Part shown: positions 13,001 through 25,218 of the stretch, piece by piece
How the letters are laid out: the number at the start of each line of letters is the position of its first letter
Numbering within the stretch: position 1 is the stretch's first letter
Assembly (NCBI GenBank): GCA_047495785.1
Contig: JBLDXI010000013.1
Location: 4,588,001-4,652,000, forward strand
DNA from: Lepidodermella squamata
Lineage: Eukaryota > Animalia > Gastrotricha
Direction of reading: 5' to 3'
Length of the DNA: 64,000 bases
Notes under the pieces: generated by a model
The model's input: the letters and a program-made list of their open reading frames with translations, nothing else
Databases searched by the model: none
What the model was told of the DNA's origin: nothing
Program-made: the position numbers and the translations under genes

Positions 13001-14055
13001 TTGAACTGATTGCGCGATCTCTGTCTCTACCGATATCTCATTACTTATTCGCTTTTTTTGTATTGTACTTGATTTTTCGCCGGTCGGCTAAACTTCGCAA
13101 TAAACATGCTGCCATACAATTGTCGTGTTGTTTTTATTTTGGAAAAATGGCCGATGACTCATGAAAAATTCAATGAATTTGCTGGGACATTTTTCGAAGC
13201 GGGAAAATCGATTTCCAGGCAGAAATAATCAGTTGGAATTGTGCACTCGAAATTGAGCTTTTTTGCGTCGTGGGAAAACTGAATCCACGCGCAATTTTAG
13301 ACCAATGTTACGCCTCGGAACTAAAGCGTGTCGCATATTTTTTTATAACAATTTATCGACTTTCCCAAACCGTCTTCTACCTGAGTTTTAACCAAAGAAT
13401 TGAAATTTACCGTAGAAAACCCAGAAACAACGCGACGTGGTAATTTTCGGTTTTTCACCCGATGGGCGGATTTTTTATTCCCTTTGACAAGTTTGATACT
13501 TAAAATTATCGTTTACATGACATTTCGAATTTTTTGGCCATGGGGAAAGGGCATCGTTCCTCATTTCTGGCTTGCTTACCCGTTTTCTGTGTATCTCTAA
13601 CGCTTGGGATACAGCGTCAATTTCTGCAAGACGTTTTTTGAAATTTCTCCTAACGTTCTTTGTGCCGAAGTTCGCTTATTCCCCTGACCACTCATACTGA
13701 TGCACGAACCAATTTCCCTCAAAATATTTGGTAACTAAGATAGGTGAATTTTGTAGAGGGGTCGCACGTCGGACAATCCACAAGTTTTCGCAAGCTCTGC
13801 TGTTAATCAGCTATTACTTATTTCCGTACGATTTATCTGCATTTTAAAATCCAGGGATTTTTTATTTATTTATGAATTTTAGACCCTTGTACAATGCTTA
13901 CGTGTTTCGATTGCTCGCGCCAACACGTTATGGCGAACATGGCGAATCGCGAGCCAACAGATCGCGTGCTGTCATCACAACTGTTCGCCCGAGAAATTTT
14001 CCAAAAAATCCCCCAAATTTTTCAAAACAGCTTTATCACTACCAACATACGGAAA

Positions 14056-15703
14056 ATGCTAATACGTTTCATACCTATAAGCGCGGTACTTGTTGCGTTG
14101 GCCGCGTCACAGAGTGACACAAATTCGGCTAGCAAATCGCCGACAATACCCGACTACGTCAACGTGGTCAATGGCGGGCTACCTTCAAGCGCGTCGAAAT
14201 CGAGCGGGAATTTCGGGAATTATGACTCGAACACAGCCTGGATTTTTACCTCAACTCCGAAAATTGAGCCTTCAACAACCATGGCAACCACACCTGCAAC
14301 TACGACCACCTTAATAACTACTGAAACTTCGTCTACAGCTTCGATTTTAACCACAATAGATTCTACTACAACGCCTGTTTTGTTGGTTAATTCAACTGAA
14401 CTAGTTTCGGACAACAACACCTCATCGACAAATGCTACCACAACTACTACTGCCATCGCTATTTCAACAACGACATTGGTCGGTAATGAGACAATTGGTA
14501 ATGATAGAATTATCATGAATGCAGCTGGCGATGTTACTACTGAGAAAATTTACGACGCGACTGCTGACATTTTGCCGACGCTTACGAGCAGCTCGGTCGC
14601 GGTAAAGCTCGGCGTCGTTGAGGAAAGCTCTGGATCAGGCGCGGCTGCTGTTGAGGAGGTGCCGGTGTCTATTGGTGCTGGAGGTGGCCTGCCTGGTATG
14701 CCTGGTCTGCCTGGCATGGGCGGAGGGGCTGATATTCTTGGTAGTTTATTCGGAGGTGGTGGCGGTGGCCTTTTTGGTGGTGGAGCCGCTGGTGGTGACG
14801 AGGAAGGTAAGCTTGCGAGAGACAGCATTTACGTTTTGAATTGATTCAAAATTCAAAATATTTGAAATTTGGTTCCGCTTTGATACCGGTCAAATTCGGT
14901 TCCGCCAACGGTAAATTTGACGATTTATTAGATAGCGATTTCAGTGTGCCCGATAATTCGACTTATATAAGATGCATACGATTGAAACAGCTAACCAAGG
15001 GTCCAAACTTCGGGTAAAACACGTTTTATAATTTTTTTAATCAACCTTTCGTCTGAAAAATCTGGAAAAAATGTGAACCTAGGGGCGACGATTCTGGATC
15101 GACAGGTAAATTTTGAGAAATTTCGGAGTTCACCTTGATATTTAAGAAATAGGCGAAGAAACCGCTAAATTTGGACACATCATTTGCATAAGCTAATTAG
15201 GCCTTATACGCAAGCTGTATTCGACTTTGGTATTCGCAGTCTGTCTTCGAAATTTAAAATTTTAAGGAATTAATTTCTTAATTAATATTCATTTTCATTA
15301 TTTCCAACTGCAATTTATTAGGCAACTTGAAGTGTTTTGCTTGCGAATCGTGCCCTGAAACCACGGATAAAATGCGGAAAGAAACTTGCCTCGATTTTTC
15401 GGCTCTTTGCGTGGTAAGTATGGAAAAATCACTTGAATTTCTCTAATCCTCTCACCGGAACTTTTCCACCTTAAATAGACAAAAATTCACTACACAATGC
15501 GCCGCGGTAAGCTCTACTACGTCCGAAAGAGCCGTTTCTGCGGCCCATCGTCCTGCCCACCCAGCTCATTGATGGCCCGGTTCCAATGCTGTTCGGGAGA
15601 CCTGTGCAACGGCTCGGCATCTCGCCACGACGCGAAACGAGTCGCTGTCGCATTAGTCGCAGCTATCACCGCTCTTCTCGCGATTTTCCGCCAATCACGT
15701 TGA
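14056..15703 (+). CDS. Secreted Ser/Thr-rich (mucin-like) protein with a C-terminal Ly6/uPAR three-finger domain and probable GPI signal; exons 14056-14806, 15322-15413, 15479-15703
   Basis: Signal peptide MLIRFIPISAVLVALAASQS, T/S-rich stalk, Gly-rich linker, then spliced LKCFACESC...ETC..FSALCVTK...RFCGPSSCPP...FQCCSGDLCN and a hydrophobic tail. Confidence 0.85.
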
Positions 15704-15983
15704 TCCAACAAATTTCGGACATTTTAATCTTATACCATCACGTTTCTTTTCCTTTTTTGAAATTTTATCGTGGAAGAACATGTTTTCTACTCACACTTAC
15801 CTCATAATATACTGCTTATAAATTATTCTTAGTTGAAATAATGTGATTTTATCATCCTTGCCTAGAACGGATTGATAAGCTGATTTTAATAAAAAGAAGT
15901 GCGTCTTTAACTAGGTCAAAACTCACCGATATAATTTTTCAATTTTTTTTATTAAAAATTCACAAGATTATAAAACCAATTTG

Positions 15984-18900
15984 CTACCGAAGTCGATTGG
16001 AAAGTTGGTGGAATAGACAGAATTGTAATAAAATACATGTCACAAATCTAGGCGCTAACAAAACACTGCCAGAGTTCTTCCTGCTCCACTGGCCTTTCGG
16101 ACGCGGGGTTGGCTGCAAATCAATAACCCGCTCCTGAAGAGAATTACCGTTATTCGAGCCGAATTTCCCGTCAGCTTTAACATCAGGCGACGGCACCGCT
16201 GTATCCGGCACATCGACGTCTTTGTCAATATTGGCCAGTAAATTGCCTGTTGATGAAGATTCAGTCATGTCATTGCCCTGGTAGTAGTAAAAATTCGAAA
16301 ATTCCTTTTTATTATTGAGACGTCCCATTCGTTGAATGGATGGGCCGAAGCCATGGGTCCCGAATGAGCGCTCTTAGTGTCGCTTGTTGGGGTCTCTTGA
16401 GGACAGCTCGGTAGCGATTAGTGCAGTCTCGCTGACACTCCTAATCTACCACTTTTCACTTTTTGTAGCACGATGGAGTGGTCGGCCACCGTCGGGGTAG
16501 AGCGTCATTGATAAACCACGGTCGACCCGGGTGGGGATCGAACTCGTGCCCATCGATCTTGACGCTCAATACACAGCAGACAGCTATCCACTGAGCTACT
16601 GTGTACTGTGTGGTAGTAGTAGACCTCGGGCGTTTCGATTGGCAGGGTGTTTGCAAGGGAGGGAGGTATCATTGGAAACGGGCTAGAAACAGTTGGCGCA
16701 ACGAGGGGTGGAGGTAAAACAGCGTCATTTTCAGCATCTTCTTGCTGAGCTTCAGATATTATCTCCGGATCTGATAGCACATTAGTTTCTTCGATTGCCG
16801 GCGCTGGTGCAGTTGTAGTCGTCTGTGTAGTTGATGTCGAGGCGGTTGTAGTGGCCATTTTTGCGAAGTTTTCGTCGTACATGAAAATTAGGTCACGGCA
16901 TTTGATGAGAGGTTCCAGGAATGAAGTAGGCCGGATGAGTTCGAAAAGTGACAAGTCGACGCCGATTTTAAGCTCGGCCGATGTCGATTCTCGATAGCCG
17001 TTCCCAGCAATACCGTAGGAATTCGTGGATCTAGAAAATTTGGAAAATTATTTTAGAAAATTAAGATGGAGCAAGGAGATCACTCGAGGAGTGTAGTGTC
17101 TTAATTTTTCGAAATCTTAAATTAAGATAGGTATGGAAACTTGGTACAACTTGGAACTTGGTTCCAAGGTGTGGAAATTACACTTGGAGAAACTACAACT
17201 ATCGATATCGATTTCAAGAATCAGTTTTGAAAATCAGTGATTTTCTTATTGATGTGCGAAGTAGAAGCCCTAAATTAAGGGTTCCAGCTCTAATTCGAGG
17301 CTCCGGAAATTGATTTTTTTTCCAAAAAATGGTCTCTCGAGTTTTCATATTGTTTCCTTATTATTGCCAGGCCTTGCGGAGAGATCTTACTAAGACGGCT
17401 ATTTCCCACTACGAACGGTCAGTATAGGGATTATGCTGCAGAGCCGATATCGATTCCAAGTATCGATTTACTAATCAGTGATTTTTCAGTAATCAAACAT
17501 TTTGGTGGCCAATACATATTACTGAAAATGTTACTGCCGAGCTGATTGAGCCAAGTTGCTTAACTGAACAATTCGTCTAATGGGATCTTCACGGATAAGG
17601 GAGTAAACAATCCTATGGTATTGAGTATCGGTATCGATCAAGAAAATCAAAAGCACAAAATTGGAAAATGTGTTGCTAGGGCCCTTTAATTTAATGCCGG
17701 AACCTGTAAAAACTTCCTAAATTTCTATTTATTGTTTTTGAATTTTTTGAAAGCTCAGTTTACAGTTTAGATAACTGAATTAATTATTATCAAGCTTCAC
17801 ATTTTTTATATTTTTGAATAATTTTTTGGTAGATTTGAGTAAATTAACAAATTTTCTGTACGATCGAAAGATTTCAGACGAATGAATTCAAATTTTGATG
17901 ATTTTTATTCAAAAAAACAGTCACATTTCACTTACATTGCAGACGGTGCCATAAGTGAAGGTGAAAGCGGCCTCTTGCTCTGCGCATCGCCCACGTACAA
18001 AAAAGTCGCTCGATTAATCGCATCAATCGACGTCTCCAGCCTAATAAGCTGCAGCTCCTCAGTCGGCACCCGAATGCCAATCGCCAGACACCCACCAGTC
18101 GGCGACACGTCCTGCCACTCATGCAACCGCCACCGACTCGCCCTGCCACAATTTCCACCATGACTATACTCACTCAGGGTGGTCACAGCCTGGAAATTCC
18201 GAGGCCTAATACGGGCCCAATTCGTGTTGAATAAATAAGCAGCGCCGAACGGGGTCGTTGTATTCCGGCTGTTTCGATAAACCTTCGACTCAGCACTCGG
18301 GAAGGCGTTGTAGATACCCCGAACCAGCCGAAAATCTCCCCCGATTTCAACGTCATAAGTCGGAATACTACACAACGGGTCTTCGTAGTACTGGAACAAA
18401 CCTCGGAACAACGCGGCTGAAACTTCGCTGAAAATGATTTGCCGCATCAAAAACACGCCATAGGGCCGGGTTTCGCATCTTGTAGACACCCAGCGTTCGC
18501 TATTTTTGATTGTTTCATCGTACATTCTAACACTAGGCACGGGCTTGGGTCGTAGATTCGGCATAAGAAAGCTCGCATCAGGCGCCGAAATTCTCAGGTT
18601 ATTCAGCCGAGTTTCCAGTGACATTGCGCTGACGAAAAATTTCGAATAACAATTTTCTTCAATGTCATTCTGGCCCAAGGCGGCGCAGAGTGGGCACAAA
18701 TGGGCGATGAAACTCTGCGATTTGTACTGGATTAGCAGATTAGCGGCGTACATTGACGGTTTGTAGTTGAGTTCGCCGAAAATTCCTCGGAAAATTTGGC
18801 CCGTTTTCAACACGGCAATTTCGCTCCAGTTTCGATCGCCGTTATTTTCGTCAATATTTTCGTGGAAAACGCGCCGTTTGTCGACGCGCAGTAGCAGCAG

Positions 18901-20607
18901 TTCGTCGATGTTGAAGCCGGCTTTTTTCAGGCAATCGAGCCGGTCAATGTTTTTGCTGCGTTCCGCTTCGTCGACGATGCGCTGCACGGGCCGGCTGTTG
19001 ACGGGCTCCGGCGGCCAGCGGAACATGTCCGGCGTCTGGTCGATTTCGTTGTACATTTCGAACACCACCAAATTGCTGTCTGTTATACTAGCGTTTTTCG
19101 CTAGAATTGGTAATTGTTGGGCGAGATGTGGCCACAACCTAGGAAAAGAAATTCGAATTTTAAATCAAAATTATAAAAAAATTGAAAATTAATATTAAAA
19201 TTGTTCTAATTAAAATAAAATTTAATAACAAAAATGGAAATTTTACAGGTGCAAACAGGGTCAAAAGTTGGTCACGCGATCTCGCCCGATGTCACACTTG
19301 AGTGATTTTATATCGAAAACGGCTGGGAAGCCGCTTTCAAAGGAAAAGCTTGTCATCACGGTGAGATCTATTATCCCTCGGTGAACAAAATTCAGAATGA
19401 GTTTCTAAATTGTTGGGAATTTCATAATTAATTAAAAAAAATTAATATAAATAGTCGTAAAATTCCTTTTATATGCCTTTTAGACACCCTGAGGTTGTGG
19501 TCACCCTAAAAATTATTCAACTCAAATATTCAACTGAGAATGAGATGTGGAAGAAAAAATAGAAAGAATAAATAATTTAAAAAATGTTTTTTAGAATTAA
19601 TTTATAAAATTTGGAAAATAATTGTATAGTTATTTTTACCTGCCCATGTTGCATGACGGCCTAAATCTGGCCGCTTTTCGTTCCCGCCGCGTCTCCTCAT
19701 CCTCGCCGGCGTCTTCATCCTCGACCGTCACACCCTGATCATCCCCGCTCGCCATCGTTGTAGTCGGTTGGTCGAACAACACGGCCTGGGTCAGGGTTTC
19801 CTCGCCATCGACCGACGACGGGGTGACATGAAGCGGCTGTTGGATGGAAAAGACGCTGTAGTTACTCGCTAGAAATGCCGACGCGTTGAAAACGGTTATC
19901 GAAACGCGGAAGACGTTTATCTCGGCCTCTTCACCGCCAGGGGTCGACGAGAAAAATTGACGTGAGGGCGATTGGACCACTGTTATCTCACCCTAAAAAT
20001 TCGCAAAAATATCAGAAAAATTCGTGAAAAACACTTCAAATCGTCCAAACTATTTTTTTCTATTTTTTTTAATAATTTAATAAATTATTTTCCGCAGAAT
20101 TACCTCAGCGTTAAATGCGAAAATCGGTATTTTACAACCCGGATCGGCGAATTTGAAGTGTATAGACCGGAAAAACAGCCGCGATGAAATCTGATTCCAC
20201 TCACTGCCATAACTCGGGTTAGGCGGGATCGGATTTTCGTTGTCCTGTGAAGTCGTGTAAAACACATAGCGCCGGTACGTAAACTCCGGCCCAGGCGCTA
20301 TTTCACACCGCATCGACGTCCAAATGCCGTTTAGAGACGCGACGAATTTAGCTGAATCTGTGCCCGAAGCGGGTGAGGGCAGGGAGTTTGAGGCTAGAAG
20401 GGGAGAGTTGATAGCTGTGGCGCATTGCTTAGCGCTCTGGTCGTCTTTATCGGTTATTAGCGGAGCAGTAACCGGGGAGCCGACCGGGGGAACCCCGTCT
20501 CCCGAATCATCTGCGAGTGGGTTAAACTGGTATGTCCTAGTTTTTGCCTCTTCGATTAAGAAATCAGCGATTAATGCCAAAATGAATAAAAATCGTGGCG
20601 ATATCAT
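15984..20607 (-). CDS. APCDD1: APCDD1-like Wnt-inhibitor family protein; exons 20607-20104, 19992-19639, 19138-17936, 17030-15984 (last exon interrupted by a SINE)
   Basis: Signal peptide and two APCDD1 repeats (LNGIWTSMRCEIAPGPEFTYRRYVFY; WVSTRCETRPYGVFLMRQIIF...YYEDPLCSIPTY; WQDVSPTGGCLAIGIRVPTEELQL; RPTSFLEPLIKC). Phase-compatible GT-AG junctions. Confidence 0.88.
16290..16610 (-). mobile_element. tRNA-derived SINE (321 bp) with an 11-bp target-site duplication
   Basis: Minus strand has A-box TAGCTCAGTGG, B-box GAGTTCGATCC, a 3' stem-loop (CATTCG...GGCTTCGGCC...CGAATG) and an A-rich tail. TGGTAGTAGTA flanks it at 16279-16289 and 16611-16621. Confidence 0.88.
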
Positions 20608-22629
20608 AATACTTCCTAAATAATAATAATAAATTAGGTTAATGAGATTTTCTAGGTTAATCTAATAAAGAGAAAAGGATCCTCATTGCAGGAAAATGGG
20701 TCGATAATATTTTCTGTTGACCCAAATCAATAACCAATTTTCCACACCCACTCGTACAAATTGTGAATGAATAATCGATAAAATGAAGGAGTGTCCCGTT
20801 TAAGATACAAGTTGTTGGCTGTGTATAGACTTGTTTTCCCTAACCTAAAGTGCGGTATCAGAATAAGATGGTTTGATGAGTAAAAATATGAAAAAATGTC
20901 CGATTTTTCTGGAACGGGAGTTTGAAATTGCCCGTACGATGGAAGGATGAAAACGGGCTTTAGTTATCTTAAAAATATTAAAAAATCATAAAATAGATAA
21001 ATTTTTATTGAAGCTCATCAGCAGCAAAAATCAACCCAAAAATCCGAAATTTGTACTTGAATATGCGTAGCAATTAGCATTTTCTAATCACTATAATTGC
21101 ATGGGAATCCGTAATGCGAAATTCGAAAATACTGCATATTTTTAGGAACCCGTACATTACAATAATAGTTATTGTTTGTTTATCGTAAAAACAAAAATCT
21201 GATGGTAAAAGCAGAGATATAAAATAAGTGCAGTTAAATTGGCCAAAACAAATATTTATTTTTATATTGAAAAGATATTTCGAAAAAATTTGCAAAATAT
21301 TTAACGATTATCAAGGACAATGGGGGCGCGTTAGCGGCGCGGCGAGTGTTAAAAAAGATTTCGCCGGCTATTTTTATTCGGCCGCGCCTGTTTTGTTTTT
21401 CGATAATATATCAGAGACCAAGGCGACGATGAAGAAACGCCAGTTGATGGCAATAATAACAATAGTACAGTGACGAAGATGATGATGATGATGAGTTGTT
21501 ATTTTTCTACTGTCATTATTTGACCATTACCAAATTTTCAGCGATAAAAAGGCGCGCAATTCGATCTCTCACGAGACGCACAACTTGTTGCGCATGTTAT
21601 ATTGCGGCTATGATTCGCGCACTAAGATTGGGTTATATACGCCTTAGATGACGGCAAAAAAAAGCTGGGAGATTTACGACCCCAACAGTTCGGTCCCAGT
21701 GGCCTGGCTAGAGACAATTATTGCTTATATATTTGAAACATAGAAATAAAAAATCAACAAAGCACGCAATTTTTTGCACCCATATATAAAATTGCGGTCG
21801 TCGAAATTTATGCTAATAGAGGTGCACTGTATAATAAAAATTCGCGCGCGTTAAGACCTCATTATTGCGGATGTTGCGTAACACCCCACGCGCGCGACTT
21901 TTGACAAGGAAATTGCGCAACGGTGAGAAGATAAAAACGCGCTTCTGATTAGCGCGCCTTTCTCTCTGTGAACTGCAGCCGTGTTATTTATTTGTTGTTC
22001 GGTCGACGGCTGAGTGGCAACTCGCGCCGGCTTATCGGGCGCCTACTTTACGCGCGTAAGGTCGTAGGCAGTTCTTGATGGCAGTTCCTCGTTATATTCG
22101 CGCGCTTAAATAAACGATGATGATTGAAGAGCGATAACGATGAACAGCGCGCGTAAATTTGACATTTAGCCGGCGCGATTAACGCAAGCGATGGAACCCA
22201 ATATCCCCCTAGTTGGCCAAAACTAATTGCTCGCAAAAAATACTGAATTCGCTTGGTTGTAAGTTGATCGAAATACGCTGATTGGAAAGGAGAGTTTTGT
22301 CAACATTTGATCGGGAATTGCGTGATTGAACAAAGTATTAGGGATCAATGAACGACCGACAAAAGCTCATGGGACACGCTTCGATGGATGGACGAGGAAA
22401 GCTAAAGAGAGGCACCTGCGAAACCTTCGAAATATTCTTGTGAATTTCCTCAGCGAGAGATGGAAATTCAACCTTTCTATCAAAGCCAATCTACTTCAAT
22501 ATTTCGTTGATTTTCGATACGATATTTGCCGATTGCTTGACGAAGATAACCGAATTGTTTGCGGTTTACCGAGGTGAAATTTACGAAAAATTGAAATTTC
22601 TAATTTCTAACCAGGCTACCATTGGAAAA

Positions 22630-23510
22630 GCTATTTGCAAAATCGATATTAGAAATCGATGCGTGCTATTTGTGGGGCATAGATTGCATTATCTCTAGCA
22701 GAATACGCAAAAAGAGCGAGAGATCTTTAGTTGATCCTCGACAATTGAAAAGTTGAGGACTCAAACGGGCCGGAATATGTATTGTCAAAACCGCATTTCG
22801 AAGAATGGTTTTGATACTGATCAGGAAAGCCATCAGAAATTATTGCCGGAGGAAAAACAAATGATAACTGACAAAAATCAAGCGGTATTTTATTGCCGTA
22901 TTTTTAGCCTCTCATCTCCGAAAGCAAACACTAAGCCGAAATGAGAGCACACCACACATTTATGCGCAAATCAGCTCATAGAGGCACTTTTTCCTGAATT
23001 CATAGTGATTTTTGTTTATGGTTTCTGTTTGATTACGTATTATTGCTGCTGTTGTTAGATCAGAAGAAGTCGACCGGCGTCAGTGGATTCGTCGACTCCT
23101 GGCCGCCGAACATGGCCGAGTCGGCGTAGCTGGGCGAGGCAGCCGGCGGGTCGGCGAAGAGCAAATAGCCGGAGAAGGTCGAGTACTCGCCGGCGATCGA
23201 ACTGCCGCGGTACAGCAAAACGTAGACTTCATCGCCGCGCCGCAACTGCGCAACGTAATTGGCTACCTGTGCGTGTTTTTTATTTACAAAAGAATTAATT
23301 ATAAAATAATCGAAAATCTCGCATCGGTCAATTGATAATGACATTCATTCTGTTGTCTGAAAACAATTTTTTCACCCAAAAATAAACGATAAAAGACGAA
23401 GGATGAAAACGTGGAAACAATAATTGTATAATTATATAATTCAATTTTTTTTAATAATCTACTTATACCGATCCGCCGTCGAGGCGTACTGGGTTACATC
23501 ATGATAGGAT
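22630..23510 (-). pseudogene. Partial duplicate of the 3' part of the C1q gene (terminal exon 23266-23060, last intron, remnant of the previous exon, 3' UTR)
   Basis: Aligns to 31650-32440. The segment 22933-23320 reads identical to 31873-32260 (offset 8940), and the flanks are diverged. Upstream exons are absent. Confidence 0.9.
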
Positions 23511-23753
23511 GGCCTCCACATAACCCGCTATTTTTTTATACCTGTTCAGGCTTCCTTTATACCTCCTTTCATTAGAGTGAATGTAATCTGTTTGATGTTG
23601 GTGAACACCGTTGCAGCATGTGAAATTAAGCGTTTTAGACTTCAATAATTCTCATATCATTTTATTCGAATTCGTTGCGCCTAGTGAAAACACGATTTTT
23701 TATAGTTACAGATTGTTATTAAAAACGGATGAATGGAACGAGACGGTTATAGC

Positions 23754-25218
23754 TCATTTAGTGGCCTCTTCGATCATTCCACGAATTCGACTGCAAATTT
23801 CACGAAGCATGGATTGGTTATGTGACGAGCGTTCTCCAAAGATGTTAAGGAATAGATCGTAAGGTTCTGAAACAAAATAGACACCATCCATACGAAGCTT
23901 CAGGAAATACCAGCGCAGGCAGTCGGTCACAATTCCGAAGGAAAATTTGTTGCCAAACTGAGAGCCTAGATGCTCAACGGTCAATCTTTTCTAAAATAGA
24001 GACTACTGATATGATATGGAATCGTAGGAAAATTGCGCCAGTCATACCTTTGATAGACAATCCATTGCAACTAGGGCTTGAGGTATTCCAGATTCCGGGT
24101 TGTCCTGGCTCGAAGCAATAACTGCTATTTCAACATCCCCGCAGAAGATAACGATGTCTGCATCGCCATTAAGCTTACTGTACTCGTCATTGATGCCCAC
24201 TTCGCGATCCAATACAAATTTAGGATCAAGTCCTTCTATTTTTTAATCAATATTACGAACACTGTTAAAGAGAACGCCAACACTTACGCAACGCAAAGAG
24301 GAAAAACGGCATGCTGAGAAACGACCTTTTGGCTTCACGATCAATAGTGGAAAAAGGCATTCGCTTCGAAAAGAGCTACAATTTAGTAAAAATTACATTA
24401 GCTCTCATTAAAGTACAGTAACGAACATCAAGCATTTTATGAAAATCATCAAAATCGGTATCCGAAATTGGCGATTCAATGGGGCGGAAGGTTTTATATC
24501 TGAGACATAAAAATGAATTTTACAAGCATTTCAAATTCGAAATCACTCACGATTTTATGTAGAACCGATCGAGTAAATTCATCCTGTCACAGAGAGAACG
24601 AAAGCAGGTGTCGATGCCCTTTCTTTCCAGTGCTTCAGCAATAGCCTTCAGTCGTTTGCTGATCGTATCATACTTAGGAATGGCTTCAGGTTTAAGTCGC
24701 GCTAAAATTGATTTGAAAAAGTGATATAGAATTCCTATTCACGCTTTGATTCTTACCTCTGACTTTATCCCCAACTGAAAAATGCAAAGAGATAACGCAA
24801 ATTAATTAAATGACATAGATATGAAACTACCTTGAAGTTCCAATTCGTGAATTCTGGGCTTGTACTCTGCTAGGACTATTTCGATAGAACTTTTAGAAAG
24901 CGCAACAGATTGCTTCAAATTATGCACAAGCCCAACGATGTCATCCAACTGTTCTTGCAAATTGTTTCTGTCATCGCTGTCGGTTGTTGTCTCCAGCTCT
25001 TCACGCAGTGATGCAATTTCTATCCGCCTTTCGGCAAGTTCTTCCCTCAGTTTAGCGCCCTTCGCGAGCAGTGGCTTCAGTTCGGCGTCTAACTGGTCTT
25101 TCAGCGCGTCGATATCTTTTAGACTTGGTGATGGTTTGCTGGGAGGAGATTCATTGCTTGTTCCAGCAGTAGCTGTGCCATCTTCAGCTGATCGCTTCCG
25201 TTTAGAGTTGTTCATCAT
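23754..25218 (-). CDS. 380-aa protein with N-terminal coiled coil and Crinkler/CR-REase-like PD-(D/E)xK domain; exons 25218-24831, 24774-24757, 24701-24551, 24499-24427, 24375-24288, 24235-24048, 23990-23754
   Basis: Seven exons join in frame via GT-AG (1143 nt, no internal stop). Motifs EAKRSFLSMPFF, E.GI...NGDADIVI, IAVIASS, ESGIPQALVAM and FGIVTDCLRWYFLKL follow the recalled CR-REase pattern (G..D..I / EAK / G..Q / GIVT..W.F). Confidence 0.75.

Noticed and set aside
16505-16660. tRNA gene, and ORFs 16456-16656 and the tail of 16505-16954
   Set aside because: A and B boxes are present but there is no complete cloverleaf. TSDs and the tail identify a SINE, and the ORF tails are read-through into it.
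17270-17710. Possible MITE in an APCDD1 intron (imperfect TTA..GGTTCC ends, repeated ATCGATATCGAT)
   Set aside because: The inverted termini are too degenerate to call without other copies.
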